Source: a virus
Reading direction: 5' to 3' (one strand)
DNA: 64,000 nt
IMG/VR virus record: IMGVR_UViG_3300025697_000003
This document shows, piece after piece, positions 1-8,557 of this stretch (within the stretch, counting starts at the first letter, position 1; every line of letters begins with the position of its first letter). The position numbers and the translations under genes were made by a program. Under the pieces are notes generated by a model. The model saw only the letters and a list, made by a program, of their open reading frames with translations. It was not told where the DNA came from and made no database searches.

Positions 1-2742
1 TTGGCCATTGCCGGCGTTACTGATGAGGTAATGATGGGCTTTGTCGAAGAGACCTACGCTCTCATTGCAGCATTCGGGGCGGCAGAAGAAGGATCGGCTG
101 ATCAGGCGCAGATACTGGGAGAACTGGCGGGCAGATATAAGACAGCGGCTGGATGGATGGAGACATTTAAGAAGGCTGGGATTGAAGCAGACGCTGAATT
201 GGTCGACTTGATCGCGGCGTTTGAAGTATTCAATTTTGCCGTTGACGAGGGGACCGATAGTTTTATTGATGAAACCACAAAACTAATCGCTGCGTACAAA
301 CTTCTTGATGAAGGATCAGAAGAGCAGGCTGCGGCCCTCACAGAGTTGACGTCGCGTTATCAGACAACGGCACAGTGGACGGAGTTGCTTGCGTCGGTTG
401 GGAAAGAAGCTGACGAGGAATTAGTTGGTCTTATCGCTTCGCTGGAAGAACTTGGGATCAAGCTAAAAGACACGACGAAGGCGGTGGACCCATTTGATGT
501 AGCCACCTACAAGCTACTTACAACATACGACGAAGCCACAGATGGGTCTATCCTGCAAGCGGAGGCACTCTCGGCTTTGTCGGGGAGATACTCGACGGCG
601 ACCGGATGGTTAGAGCAATTTGCCGCTGTGGGAACTGTGGCAGACACGGTTCTGTTGGACTTGATCGCGGCGTTAGAAGCAATCGGGTTGACTGGAGAGG
701 CCGCGACGAAGGGGTTCGTCGACGAAACAAACGCACTAATTACAGCATTTGGGTTAGCAGACAAAGGATCAGCTAAACAGGCAGATATTCTTGACGACCT
801 TGCCTCTCGATACTCGACAGTAACTGGATGGATTGAGGCATTGAGTGCGGTTGGCATTGAAGCGAGTGAAGCTCTCACGCTACTCGTTGCTGCTCTGGAA
901 GAAGTTGGCCTCAAAGCAGTAGCAGCTGCTGAGAAGACGTTCGTTCAAACGACGTATGAGCTTATTGCTACGTATGATGCGGCGACAGAAGGATCAGTTG
1001 CTCAGGCAGAAGCCCTTCAGTCATTGGCTGGACGATACCAGACTGCGATTGGGTTGGAGGAGTTGCTTACTAGCAAAGGGATCGAGGCAGATGACGAACT
1101 CGTTTTGCTAATTAAAGACCTCGAGAAGTTCGCGGAAGCAGCAGAAGAAGCCGGGGTCGATCTCGTTAATGTTACATCAAAGATGGTAACTGGCGTTGGG
1201 CAGCTACTAAAAAAGTTTGGTGGAGAGGGAGCACAAGGCGCAGGTAGCATCCTGACATCATTAGGAGCATCTATTGGCTCTGTCGGACTAGCAGTGGCTG
1301 CTCCAAATCCTATGACGATAGGCAACGCGATCCTTGCCGTTGCCGACACAGTTGGAACAGCCTGGATGGAACTTGTTGTAAATCCAGCCGCCGACGCTGA
1401 AGAGGAACGTATCAAAACTGAAGAGGAAAGGCTCGCAGCAGAGCAGGAATTCACAGATAACTTGCTACACGCTGCCGATGCAGCTGCATCAGCATTATGG
1501 GGCCTTGTCGAGTCGGCAGAGTCAGTGGCCGAAATACAGAGCGGCCTTGCCCAACTCCAAGTAAACGTCATGAGCTCATTGCTGGCCTTCCTGTGGCCTC
1601 TGGCGGGCATCCTTGGGTACATCAACGAACTGTTCGTGATACAGGCAGATGTGATAGAGGATGAGGTTGAGGCAAGAGAGAAGATGCTGTCTAACCTTAA
1701 CGTACCGATTGGCTTCCCGATCAACAGGATCCGGTTCGCTGCGGGGACACCTGGCGAGCCTGTAACGTTCAACGAAGACGAGATAGGTGGCGGTGCGGAT
1801 GAGATAGTTGCTGAGATACTTACGTGGTGGGAAGAGGCACTTGAGCCATTTAGGGATCAGATCATGGAGATGATCCAGCCTATTGCCGACTTCAGGGACG
1901 CAATGCAGCAACTAGCAATCGACTTAATTCCTGCCATGCTGACGATCCTGGAACCTATCCTGGACACATTCGGATGGGCGCTTGGCGAGATTTCCACGTG
2001 GATGCAGGATGTATTCAAGCCAGATTTCGAGGAGTTCGCAGAGGGCTTTGCGACATTCTGGGAAGACAGGGTAGACCCATTCTGGAAAGAAGACATGTTC
2101 CCTCAACTAACAGAATGGTTTGACACACTGTACGGCTGGCTTGGCGACATCATCGGATTCTTCGGAGATGAAGGATGGGACTTCCTCACAGACGAGGGTG
2201 GTGTGTGGGATAAAGTTGTAGGATTTGTCGATTCCGTGTTCGATATGTTCTCAGAGTTCGGGCAATGGGTAGACGATAACTGGGAGACGATCGAGAATGT
2301 ACTCCTGAAACGTATTCAAGACGCTCTAGATGCTCTTGGGATAGATCTAGACGACTTTCTCCGCAGAGTAGAGAACTGGCTACTGGGCGGAACATGGGAG
2401 CAAGCCGACGAACCATCGTGGATTACTAAGTTCCTTACAGGACTAGGCGAGATGAGGGACGCGATCGTTGCTGTACCAGAACCGTTACGAGATATTGCAG
2501 GCGTACTGGAAGGGTTCGCAAACTGGTTAGGCATAGATTATGAATCGTCTGGAGCGATGTCTGTGCAACCTGTCGCTGCAGGTATGGGTGTGGCAGGCGG
2601 GATGGGATCTGCTGGCAAATCAGCAGTAACGATCAACGTCAACCTGTCTCAGGAACGACTCAGCCAAATCATGATCCGTAAAATGACTAGCCAGAATGTG
2701 AATGATCACGGCGTAGGATTTGCGCCAATCAGGGTGGGATAA
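1..2742 (+). CDS. tail tape measure protein (5' end outside window)
   Basis: 913-aa frame open from the window edge. It has five ~75-aa helical tandem repeats, a Gly/Ala hydrophobic core (GAQGAGSILTSLGASIGSVGLAVAAPNP) and a Trp/Asp-rich C-terminus. It lies directly upstream of the tail-tip genes. Confidence 0.8.
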   Translation: MAIAGVTDEVMMGFVEETYALIAAFGAAEEGSADQAQILGELAGRYKTAAGWMETFKKAGIEADAELVDLIAAFEVFNFAVDEGTDSFIDETTKLIAAYKLLDEGSEEQAAALTELTSRYQTTAQWTELLASVGKEADEELVGLIASLEELGIKLKDTTKAVDPFDVATYKLLTTYDEATDGSILQAEALSALSGRYSTATGWLEQFAAVGTVADTVLLDLIAALEAIGLTGEAATKGFVDETNALITAFGLADKGSAKQADILDDLASRYSTVTGWIEALSAVGIEASEALTLLVAALEEVGLKAVAAAEKTFVQTTYELIATYDAATEGSVAQAEALQSLAGRYQTAIGLEELLTSKGIEADDELVLLIKDLEKFAEAAEEAGVDLVNVTSKMVTGVGQLLKKFGGEGAQGAGSILTSLGASIGSVGLAVAAPNPMTIGNAILAVADTVGTAWMELVVNPAADAEEERIKTEEERLAAEQEFTDNLLHAADAAASALWGLVESAESVAEIQSGLAQLQVNVMSSLLAFLWPLAGILGYINELFVIQADVIEDEVEAREKMLSNLNVPIGFPINRIRFAAGTPGEPVTFNEDEIGGGADEIVAEILTWWEEALEPFRDQIMEMIQPIADFRDAMQQLAIDLIPAMLTILEPILDTFGWALGEISTWMQDVFKPDFEEFAEGFATFWEDRVDPFWKEDMFPQLTEWFDTLYGWLGDIIGFFGDEGWDFLTDEGGVWDKVVGFVDSVFDMFSEFGQWVDDNWETIENVLLKRIQDALDALGIDLDDFLRRVENWLLGGTWEQADEPSWITKFLTGLGEMRDAIVAVPEPLRDIAGVLEGFANWLGIDYESSGAMSVQPVAAGMGVAGGMGSAGKSAVTINVNLSQERLSQIMIRKMTSQNVNDHGVGFAPIRVG
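37..1155. repeat. five tandem ~225-bp (~75-aa) repeats inside the tape measure gene
   Basis: Repeated unit F[VI][DE]ET..LI.A......GS..QA..L..L..RY.T..GW.E....[AV]G.EAD.ELV.LIA.LE is seen five times in the translation. Confidence 0.8.
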
Positions 2743-4691
2743 TGGCCAGAACAATAGACAATGGGAATATCCTCTCAAAGATTTCTGGAGAGACAGTTAG
2801 GGTCTACGACGGCTCTGACTGGATTGATCTTGTTGATCCAGCAGGATCCTCGTTCCCTGGCTATTCCCGAGTGAAGGCCTACCAGTGGAGCTACAATCAG
2901 AGCAACGGTAAGTGGGTGGCCACGGTCACGTTTGCGAACTATGAGTATCTGAGGGATGCCGGCGAGAGCCTTGACCCAACTGACACGTCAGACTTCAATC
3001 CGTTGGACGTTCCTTTGCTGGGTGCTTACCACAAGTTTGAGATCTGGGTTGGCAAGTACAGCGCAGGAAATGTAGCTGGCACAGAAGCCATGGTATTCAG
3101 CGGGCGTATCGGACCTGACTCAATCCAACCAGATGAGGGCATTGAGGGCGAGGATTTCGTCGTTGCTCGAATCGTCGGAGTGACGCAGCCGTGGTTTGCG
3201 GACTACATCGACAAGATCGATCGAGGAAGACTCTACACTGACTGCTACCTATCTGGAATCTGGAATGCGACAACGACATTCGCTGTTGGCGATGTCGTTA
3301 CTCTGTCAGGAGTAGCGTATCAGTGCATCCTAGCGAGTACAAACAACGAACCTCCGAACATTACCTACTGGACTGTCTTCACTGGGACGAACAACATCTG
3401 CAATCAGATCTTGACCGACTTCGGGCATGAAGCGAATATCGTTGTTGCACCGTCACCAACTGGACTAGATCCGTTGACGTTCTACTGCGAGAACTACGAG
3501 ATTGGCGATATATCGGTAGGGGAGGCCATCCTTCGACAGGTCAGCGCGATCGGGTTCCTCCTCCAGGAGAAGTACAACGCGACACAGGCCAACTTCGTTC
3601 CTACCATCGTGGATCCAGATCGAGACAACGTGACTCCTGACATCGACCTTGAGGGAAACATCAACACGTCTAGGATTGTCTATTCTGAAGCTAACGTAAG
3701 GACGTTCTGCCGTGTTGTGTTCTACAACAGGGATGACGGCAGCTTCTCGTATGTAGACGCAGAGAACGATGCTGCAAGGCTCATCTACGGCATACCTGGC
3801 GCTGGTGGTACGAAGCTGCACAAGAGAATGCGTGTTGTCGAGAACGACAAGTCGTGGATTGACACAGAAGTCGAGGCCCAGAAGGAAGCGAATTATTGTG
3901 TGCAGGATGCAGGGACACCGCTCATCAAGAACTCTTTTGTCATTCCGTGGCTAGTCCTTGGAGTCGAGGGTGGAGATCTCGTAAGAATTGTAACGCCATC
4001 GAAGACAATGGACGTTGGCGTGTTGACCATTCAACACAACGTCGGTGAGGGCGACATGTTCGGGCACACCGTCATCACAGGGACACTAGCACGTCGCGTC
4101 GGCAACTACGAATACTGGTTCAATCGGTCGAGGGTAGACAACGCTTGGAAGCAGGACAGATACAACGAACTGATGCAAGGACCGATTCCGATGAAGCCAA
4201 GTAACGTAGTGGCCAAGTCGGTGTGGGGAAAAGATGTAGCAGGCTCTCCTGCGCCAGTAATCGATGTGTCATGGTTTGGTGCAAGAGATGGTAGAACGCG
4301 ATCTCACGTTCTTAGGTATCGATTACTTAGTCCACGAGATTCTGGTACTGCAACTGCTGGCAGCACAACAACTCTGACGGATGGCTCTAAATCATGGACG
4401 ACAAATGCCTACCGTAATGGCGGATATGTGTCCATGGCTGGGAATGTTACCTCAAGGAAGGGGACTGACAATCTACGGAGGATCCTTTCCAACACAGGTA
4501 CTGTGCTGACGTTTGAGAATGCGGTAGATGTTGCGCCGGCGAATACGGAGACATACGAGATCTATTGGGTAACAGGAGAGTGGCACGAAGTCACAGTAGG
4601 CAAGGAACAATTTGTTCAATTACCTGGACTCCCAGAAGGGAACGAATACATGATCGAAGTGGCGGCTGTACCAACAGTCAGCGGGACATAA
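2742..4691 (+). CDS. tail tip/baseplate protein with CBM5/12-like insert and C-terminal Fn3-like domain
   Basis: Start overlaps the TMP stop (TAATG). Motif WNATTTFAVGDVVTLSGVAYQCILASTNNEPPNITYW resembles chitin-binding type-3 modules. It sits right after the TMP. Confidence 0.6.
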   Translation: MARTIDNGNILSKISGETVRVYDGSDWIDLVDPAGSSFPGYSRVKAYQWSYNQSNGKWVATVTFANYEYLRDAGESLDPTDTSDFNPLDVPLLGAYHKFEIWVGKYSAGNVAGTEAMVFSGRIGPDSIQPDEGIEGEDFVVARIVGVTQPWFADYIDKIDRGRLYTDCYLSGIWNATTTFAVGDVVTLSGVAYQCILASTNNEPPNITYWTVFTGTNNICNQILTDFGHEANIVVAPSPTGLDPLTFYCENYEIGDISVGEAILRQVSAIGFLLQEKYNATQANFVPTIVDPDRDNVTPDIDLEGNINTSRIVYSEANVRTFCRVVFYNRDDGSFSYVDAENDAARLIYGIPGAGGTKLHKRMRVVENDKSWIDTEVEAQKEANYCVQDAGTPLIKNSFVIPWLVLGVEGGDLVRIVTPSKTMDVGVLTIQHNVGEGDMFGHTVITGTLARRVGNYEYWFNRSRVDNAWKQDRYNELMQGPIPMKPSNVVAKSVWGKDVAGSPAPVIDVSWFGARDGRTRSHVLRYRLLSPRDSGTATAGSTTTLTDGSKSWTTNAYRNGGYVSMAGNVTSRKGTDNLRRILSNTGTVLTFENAVDVAPANTETYEIYWVTGEWHEVTVGKEQFVQLPGLPEGNEYMIEVAAVPTVSGT

Positions 4692-4701
4692 GGAGGGCAC
4701 G

Positions 4702-5013
4702 ATGAGCACCGCGACATTCCATCTCAAACAGAACGATACAAAGCCATCCTTGTCTGCGAGTCTGACGCAAGATGGTTCAGTAGTCGATCTGACTGGGGCG
4801 ACTGTAAAGTTCCACATGGGCGATACAGTGGATTCAGCAGCAGTAGTGGCCGGCGCATTAACTGGGTCTGTTAGGTATGACTGGGATGCGGAGGACACAG
4901 TAACCGCAGGATCATTCCCTGGCGAGTTTGAGGTCACGTTCTCTGATGGGACGATAGAGACATTCCCGAATGACGGGTATCTGACAATCGAGATCCAATC
5001 GGAGTTGGCATGA
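4702..5013 (+). CDS. small Ig-like tail/baseplate protein (BppU-N/DUF2479-like by eye)
   Basis: AGGAGGG RBS. Pattern KQNDTKPSLSASLTQDGSVVDLTGATVKFHM is typical of baseplate upper protein N-domains. Confidence 0.5.
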   Translation: MSTATFHLKQNDTKPSLSASLTQDGSVVDLTGATVKFHMGDTVDSAAVVAGALTGSVRYDWDAEDTVTAGSFPGEFEVTFSDGTIETFPNDGYLTIEIQSELA

Positions 5014-5384
5014 GCAATAATCACATAACGATCAACAACTCGATTACAGAGGCGGGACGGACGGTAACTTCTCGCATTCCTCCGAATGCGCCATTAGATT
5101 TCGGCACGTTGGCTATCCTGTTCAACAACATGGTCCCACAGTCATCGGCGCCGAGCGATCCATCAGAGAAAGATGTGTATCTTGACGACGGTACGAATAC
5201 CGTGTCAGGGACATTGGGATTCAGACAATACGACGGCAGCGCGTGGGAAGATTTCGGATTGCAGACAGGAGGTGGCAGCAGCATTACTTCAACACCTGAA
5301 AGCGGACAATATCAGGTGACTGACATGAGGCTTGCGTCAGACTTCACATTGATTGTCGAGTACAACGATGTACCCGCAGCATAA
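5010..5384 (+). CDS. hypothetical protein, tail module
   Basis: ATGA overlap with the upstream stop. Co-directional ORF. Confidence 0.5.
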   Translation: MSNNHITINNSITEAGRTVTSRIPPNAPLDFGTLAILFNNMVPQSSAPSDPSEKDVYLDDGTNTVSGTLGFRQYDGSAWEDFGLQTGGGSSITSTPESGQYQVTDMRLASDFTLIVEYNDVPAA

Positions 5385-5390
5385 GGAGAA

Positions 5391-5840
5391 ATGATGATTC
5401 ATGAGACTGCAGACGTAGATCCTACTGCCACGATTGGCGAAGGGACGAATGTGTGGAACAACGCGCAAGTGCGTGAAGGCGCGAAGATTGGGAAGGATTG
5501 TGTCATTGGAACGGGAGCTTACATCGGGAAGGATGTTGTTGTTGGTGATCGATGCAAGATTGAGAACTACGCATGTCTGTTCCGTGGAGTCAGAGTTGGA
5601 GACGAGGTGTTCATTGGTCCGCATGTTTGCTTCACGAATGACAGGATTCCTCATGCAGATGGGTCAGCATGGGATTTAGCCGTTACGTTGGTAGCCAGCG
5701 GTGCAAGCATTGGTGCGAATGCAACGATCTTGCCTGGAGCTCGCATCGGAGTAAACGCCATGGTTGGCGCAGGAGCAGTCGTAACTAGAGATGTATTGGC
5801 GCACGAAACAGTTGTTGGAAATCCAGCGAGGGAAATATGA
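5391..5840 (+). CDS. hexapeptide-repeat (left-handed beta-helix) sugar N-acetyltransferase, WbpD/WlbB-like
   Basis: IHETADVDPTATIGEGTNVWNNAQVREGAKIGKDCVIG hexapeptide repeats. AAGGAG RBS. The start may be the second ATG at 5394. Confidence 0.8.
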   Translation: MMIHETADVDPTATIGEGTNVWNNAQVREGAKIGKDCVIGTGAYIGKDVVVGDRCKIENYACLFRGVRVGDEVFIGPHVCFTNDRIPHADGSAWDLAVTLVASGASIGANATILPGARIGVNAMVGAGAVVTRDVLAHETVVGNPAREI

Positions 5841-6886
5841 TCACAATAGCAAACCCTATCATTGGCGATCTTGAGAAAGCCGCGGTCATGGACGTGCTGA
5901 ACTCAGGGAATCTAGCTCAGGGTTCCAAGGTACGCGAATTCGAAGAGGCGTTTGCGAAGTACGTCAACGCTGAGTACGCAGTTGCCGTTTCTTCTGGGAC
6001 TGCTGCGCTCCATCTTGCATTGAGGGCGCATGGTGTTGGAGGTGGCGATAGCGTTGTGACGACGCCATTCAGCTTTATGTCGACAGCGAACGCGATCATT
6101 CACTGTAATGCGTACCCCGTATTCGGAGACATTTCAGAGGAATCGTTCAATCTGACGCCAGAAAGCGCAGAAGCCGCGATTAACCCCTCTACTCATGCTG
6201 TGATGCCGGTACACCTGTATGGCCTCTCTGCGGACATAGATGGATTTGAGGGCCTCTCTGCTCGATCAGGCGTGCCAATCATCGAGGATGCCTGCCAAGC
6301 TCACGGCGCGACGTACAAAGGCCAGATGATCGGGTCGATCAACACGACATGCTTCTCGTTCTATCCATCCAAGAACATGACAACTGGCGAAGGTGGAATG
6401 GTAACGACAAACGATCCTACGATTGCCGACAAGGTGAGGACATTGCGTAGCCATGGTGTCGTAGAAGATGTCATCGGGTTCAACTATCGGATGACGGACA
6501 TTCAGGCAGCGATTGGGTGTGTGCAGCTAGATTCTCTTGATGACTGGAATGCTATCCGAGGCCAGAATGCGCGACTGCTGACACACTTGCTCTCTGACTC
6601 AGTAATTTGTCCAAAGGATACAGAAGGGCATGTCTACCACCAGTACACGGTGAGGATCAAAGAGAACAGGGACGAGGTATTACTCAAACTCAACGAAGCT
6701 GGGATTGGCGCAAGGGTCTACTACGACACGCCGATCCATAAGATGTATCCATATTCTGTGGCAGAGTCGACGAGACCTACGGCAGAGATGGTGGCGAAGC
6801 AAGTCCTGTCTCTTCCGGTGCATCCAGGAGTTTCAGCAGAGGATATTGAACGAATTGCGGAGGTGTTGAAATGCGCGTTGGCGTGA
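5837..6886 (+). CDS. DegT/DnrJ/EryC1/StrS-family PLP-dependent sugar aminotransferase (WbpE-like)
   Basis: N-terminal PIIGDLEKAAVMDVLNSGNLAQGSKVREFEEAFAKY..AVAVSSGTAALHLAL and FYPSKNMTTGEGG (Lys-containing) motifs. ATGA coupling to the upstream gene. Confidence 0.85.
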   Translation: MITIANPIIGDLEKAAVMDVLNSGNLAQGSKVREFEEAFAKYVNAEYAVAVSSGTAALHLALRAHGVGGGDSVVTTPFSFMSTANAIIHCNAYPVFGDISEESFNLTPESAEAAINPSTHAVMPVHLYGLSADIDGFEGLSARSGVPIIEDACQAHGATYKGQMIGSINTTCFSFYPSKNMTTGEGGMVTTNDPTIADKVRTLRSHGVVEDVIGFNYRMTDIQAAIGCVQLDSLDDWNAIRGQNARLLTHLLSDSVICPKDTEGHVYHQYTVRIKENRDEVLLKLNEAGIGARVYYDTPIHKMYPYSVAESTRPTAEMVAKQVLSLPVHPGVSAEDIERIAEVLKCALA

Positions 6887-8076
6887 TTGGTCTAGGGAGT
6901 ATGGGAGCGAACCACGCACGGGTGCTTGATGAACTCGGTGTGCTTGCGGCGGTATGCGATTCTGACAAGTTGGCGCCATGTCGAACGTCTGTGAAGAGAT
7001 ACACGACCATTGAGGGGATGCTGAAGAATCAGAATCTAGACGCAGTTACGATTGCTGTTCCGACATCGTTGCATTGCATGGTTGGGAGTACGGTACTGAA
7101 AGCCGGCATACCTGCGCTGATAGAGAAGCCACTTGCATCTACAGTTGCCGAAGCACGCTTGCTTGTTGAGGTAGCGAAGGCTGCTGGAGTATTCCTGTCT
7201 GTTGGGCTGATCGAGAGGCACAACCCTGCTGTTATTGAACTGAAGAAACGGTGGGGACAGCTGGGCGACGTATCTCAGATGATCATCCGTAGGATGGGGC
7301 CCTTCCCTTCTCGGGTAGAGGATTCAGGAGTGATACTTGATCTATCTGTGCATGATTTCGATCTCATCCGATTTCTTACGGGATCTACGATAGAGTTTAT
7401 GGCTGGATTGTCGTCACGGTCAATTCACGCAACAAGGGAGGATGCAGTCTCGTGTGTAGGGATGACAAAGAACGGAATCCTTACAACCATAATGGAGAAC
7501 TGGACGACGCCTACGAAGATCAGAGACATAACTGTACATGGGGCTGAAGGCATGTTCCATGTGGACTTGTTGATGCAGGACATCACGTTCTATGCAAACA
7601 ACTACGGGCCTGCATCATGGGAAGCTGTAAGTATCTTCAGAGGCGTGTCTGAAGGGGATCGGACACAGTACAAGATAGATCGAAGAGAGCCGCTAAAACA
7701 AGAGATATCGGCCTTCCTGCAGTGCGTGGAAGACGGGACACAGGACGGAGGAACTCCAGGGATTGAAGGCGTGTTCGCGCTTCAGCTATCAGAGAAGCTC
7801 CAGGGGATGTGTGATGGTAACATGGCGTTGAAGAAAAAGATTGAGCCGAAACTGGGAGTGAAGGGTGGCGCGAAGAAAGAAGCTGCTCCGGTAGAGAAGC
7901 AATTGACGGCGAGCGAAAAGGTGAGAGCCTATCTCGTTGAGCACCAAACCTGTTTTGTGACAAGGAAGCGGTTGGCGGATGGTCCTAATAAAGGGAAGAT
8001 GCAAGCAAAGTATACCGAGCTCAAAGGTGAACAACTGGAAGAAGTAGTAAATTCGTTGGTGTCCCTGTGTCAGTAA
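6871..8076 (+). CDS. Gfo/Idh/MocA NAD-dependent sugar oxidoreductase (WbpB-like) with ~85-aa Lys-rich C-terminal extension
   Basis: MRVGVIGLGSMGANHARVL Rossmann start and an EKPLA motif. GGAGGTG RBS. The oxidoreductase fold seems complete by ~aa 315, and the frame continues to aa 401. Confidence 0.8.
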   Translation: MRVGVIGLGSMGANHARVLDELGVLAAVCDSDKLAPCRTSVKRYTTIEGMLKNQNLDAVTIAVPTSLHCMVGSTVLKAGIPALIEKPLASTVAEARLLVEVAKAAGVFLSVGLIERHNPAVIELKKRWGQLGDVSQMIIRRMGPFPSRVEDSGVILDLSVHDFDLIRFLTGSTIEFMAGLSSRSIHATREDAVSCVGMTKNGILTTIMENWTTPTKIRDITVHGAEGMFHVDLLMQDITFYANNYGPASWEAVSIFRGVSEGDRTQYKIDRREPLKQEISAFLQCVEDGTQDGGTPGIEGVFALQLSEKLQGMCDGNMALKKKIEPKLGVKGGAKKEAAPVEKQLTASEKVRAYLVEHQTCFVTRKRLADGPNKGKMQAKYTELKGEQLEEVVNSLVSLCQ

Positions 8077-8133
8077 AGGAAATCAAATCAACTCCTCAGT
8101 GCTCAACGACACAGAGAGGAAAAGGAGGAAATT

Positions 8134-8508
8134 ATGGCTCTAGCAAGTTTGACGATGCCGACCTCTGTTACAGTATCTGAGGCAGAGTCAACCGGGACTA
8201 GCTCAGGAGTGGCCGCATCTACGGCGTCTTCTTCGGCGTCTGCAGCGATCATTGACGCATCTGAGGCTTCATCTCAGGCGTCCGTGGCGATCATTGACGC
8301 ATCTGAGGCATCCTCGTTGGCATCATCGGCAGCGGCTGACGCATCTGATGCGAAGTCGACGGGTCTTGTTGACAGCTCGGCTGCTTCGGTTACGAAGTCG
8401 TTGGCGGTCTACAGCGATCCGGGCTCTGATGAGTATCCGGTCAAAGAGATTGTCATGAATGCTACACTAGATACCGTCGTTACTTACGATGATTCATCTA
8501 TCGCGTAG
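8134..8508 (+). CDS. Ser/Ala-rich repeat protein (fibre-stalk-like low complexity)
   Basis: AAGGAGG RBS. AAIIDASEASSQASVAIIDASEASSLASSAAADASDAKS repeats, with a 23-bp perfect direct repeat at 8245-8267 and 8287-8309. Confidence 0.5.
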   Translation: MALASLTMPTSVTVSEAESTGTSSGVAASTASSSASAAIIDASEASSQASVAIIDASEASSLASSAAADASDAKSTGLVDSSAASVTKSLAVYSDPGSDEYPVKEIVMNATLDTVVTYDDSSIA

Positions 8509-8516
8509 CGTAATCC

Positions 8517-8546
8517 AGGGGCGGTCTTCGGGCCGTCCCTACTTCT
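8517..8546 (+). terminator. stem-loop with UUCG tetraloop and weak U tract after the Ser/Ala-rich gene
   Basis: AGGGGCGGTC-TTCG-GGCCGTCCCT then ACTTCT. The 10-bp stem includes two G-U pairs. Confidence 0.45.
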
Positions 8547-8557
8547 AAGGAGAGAAC

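Noticed and set aside
1017-1772. 251-aa antisense ORF, and other minus-strand ORFs, inside the tape measure gene.
   Set aside because: They are Ser/Ala-rich mirror translations of a repetitive Ala/Glu-rich gene, with no RBS.
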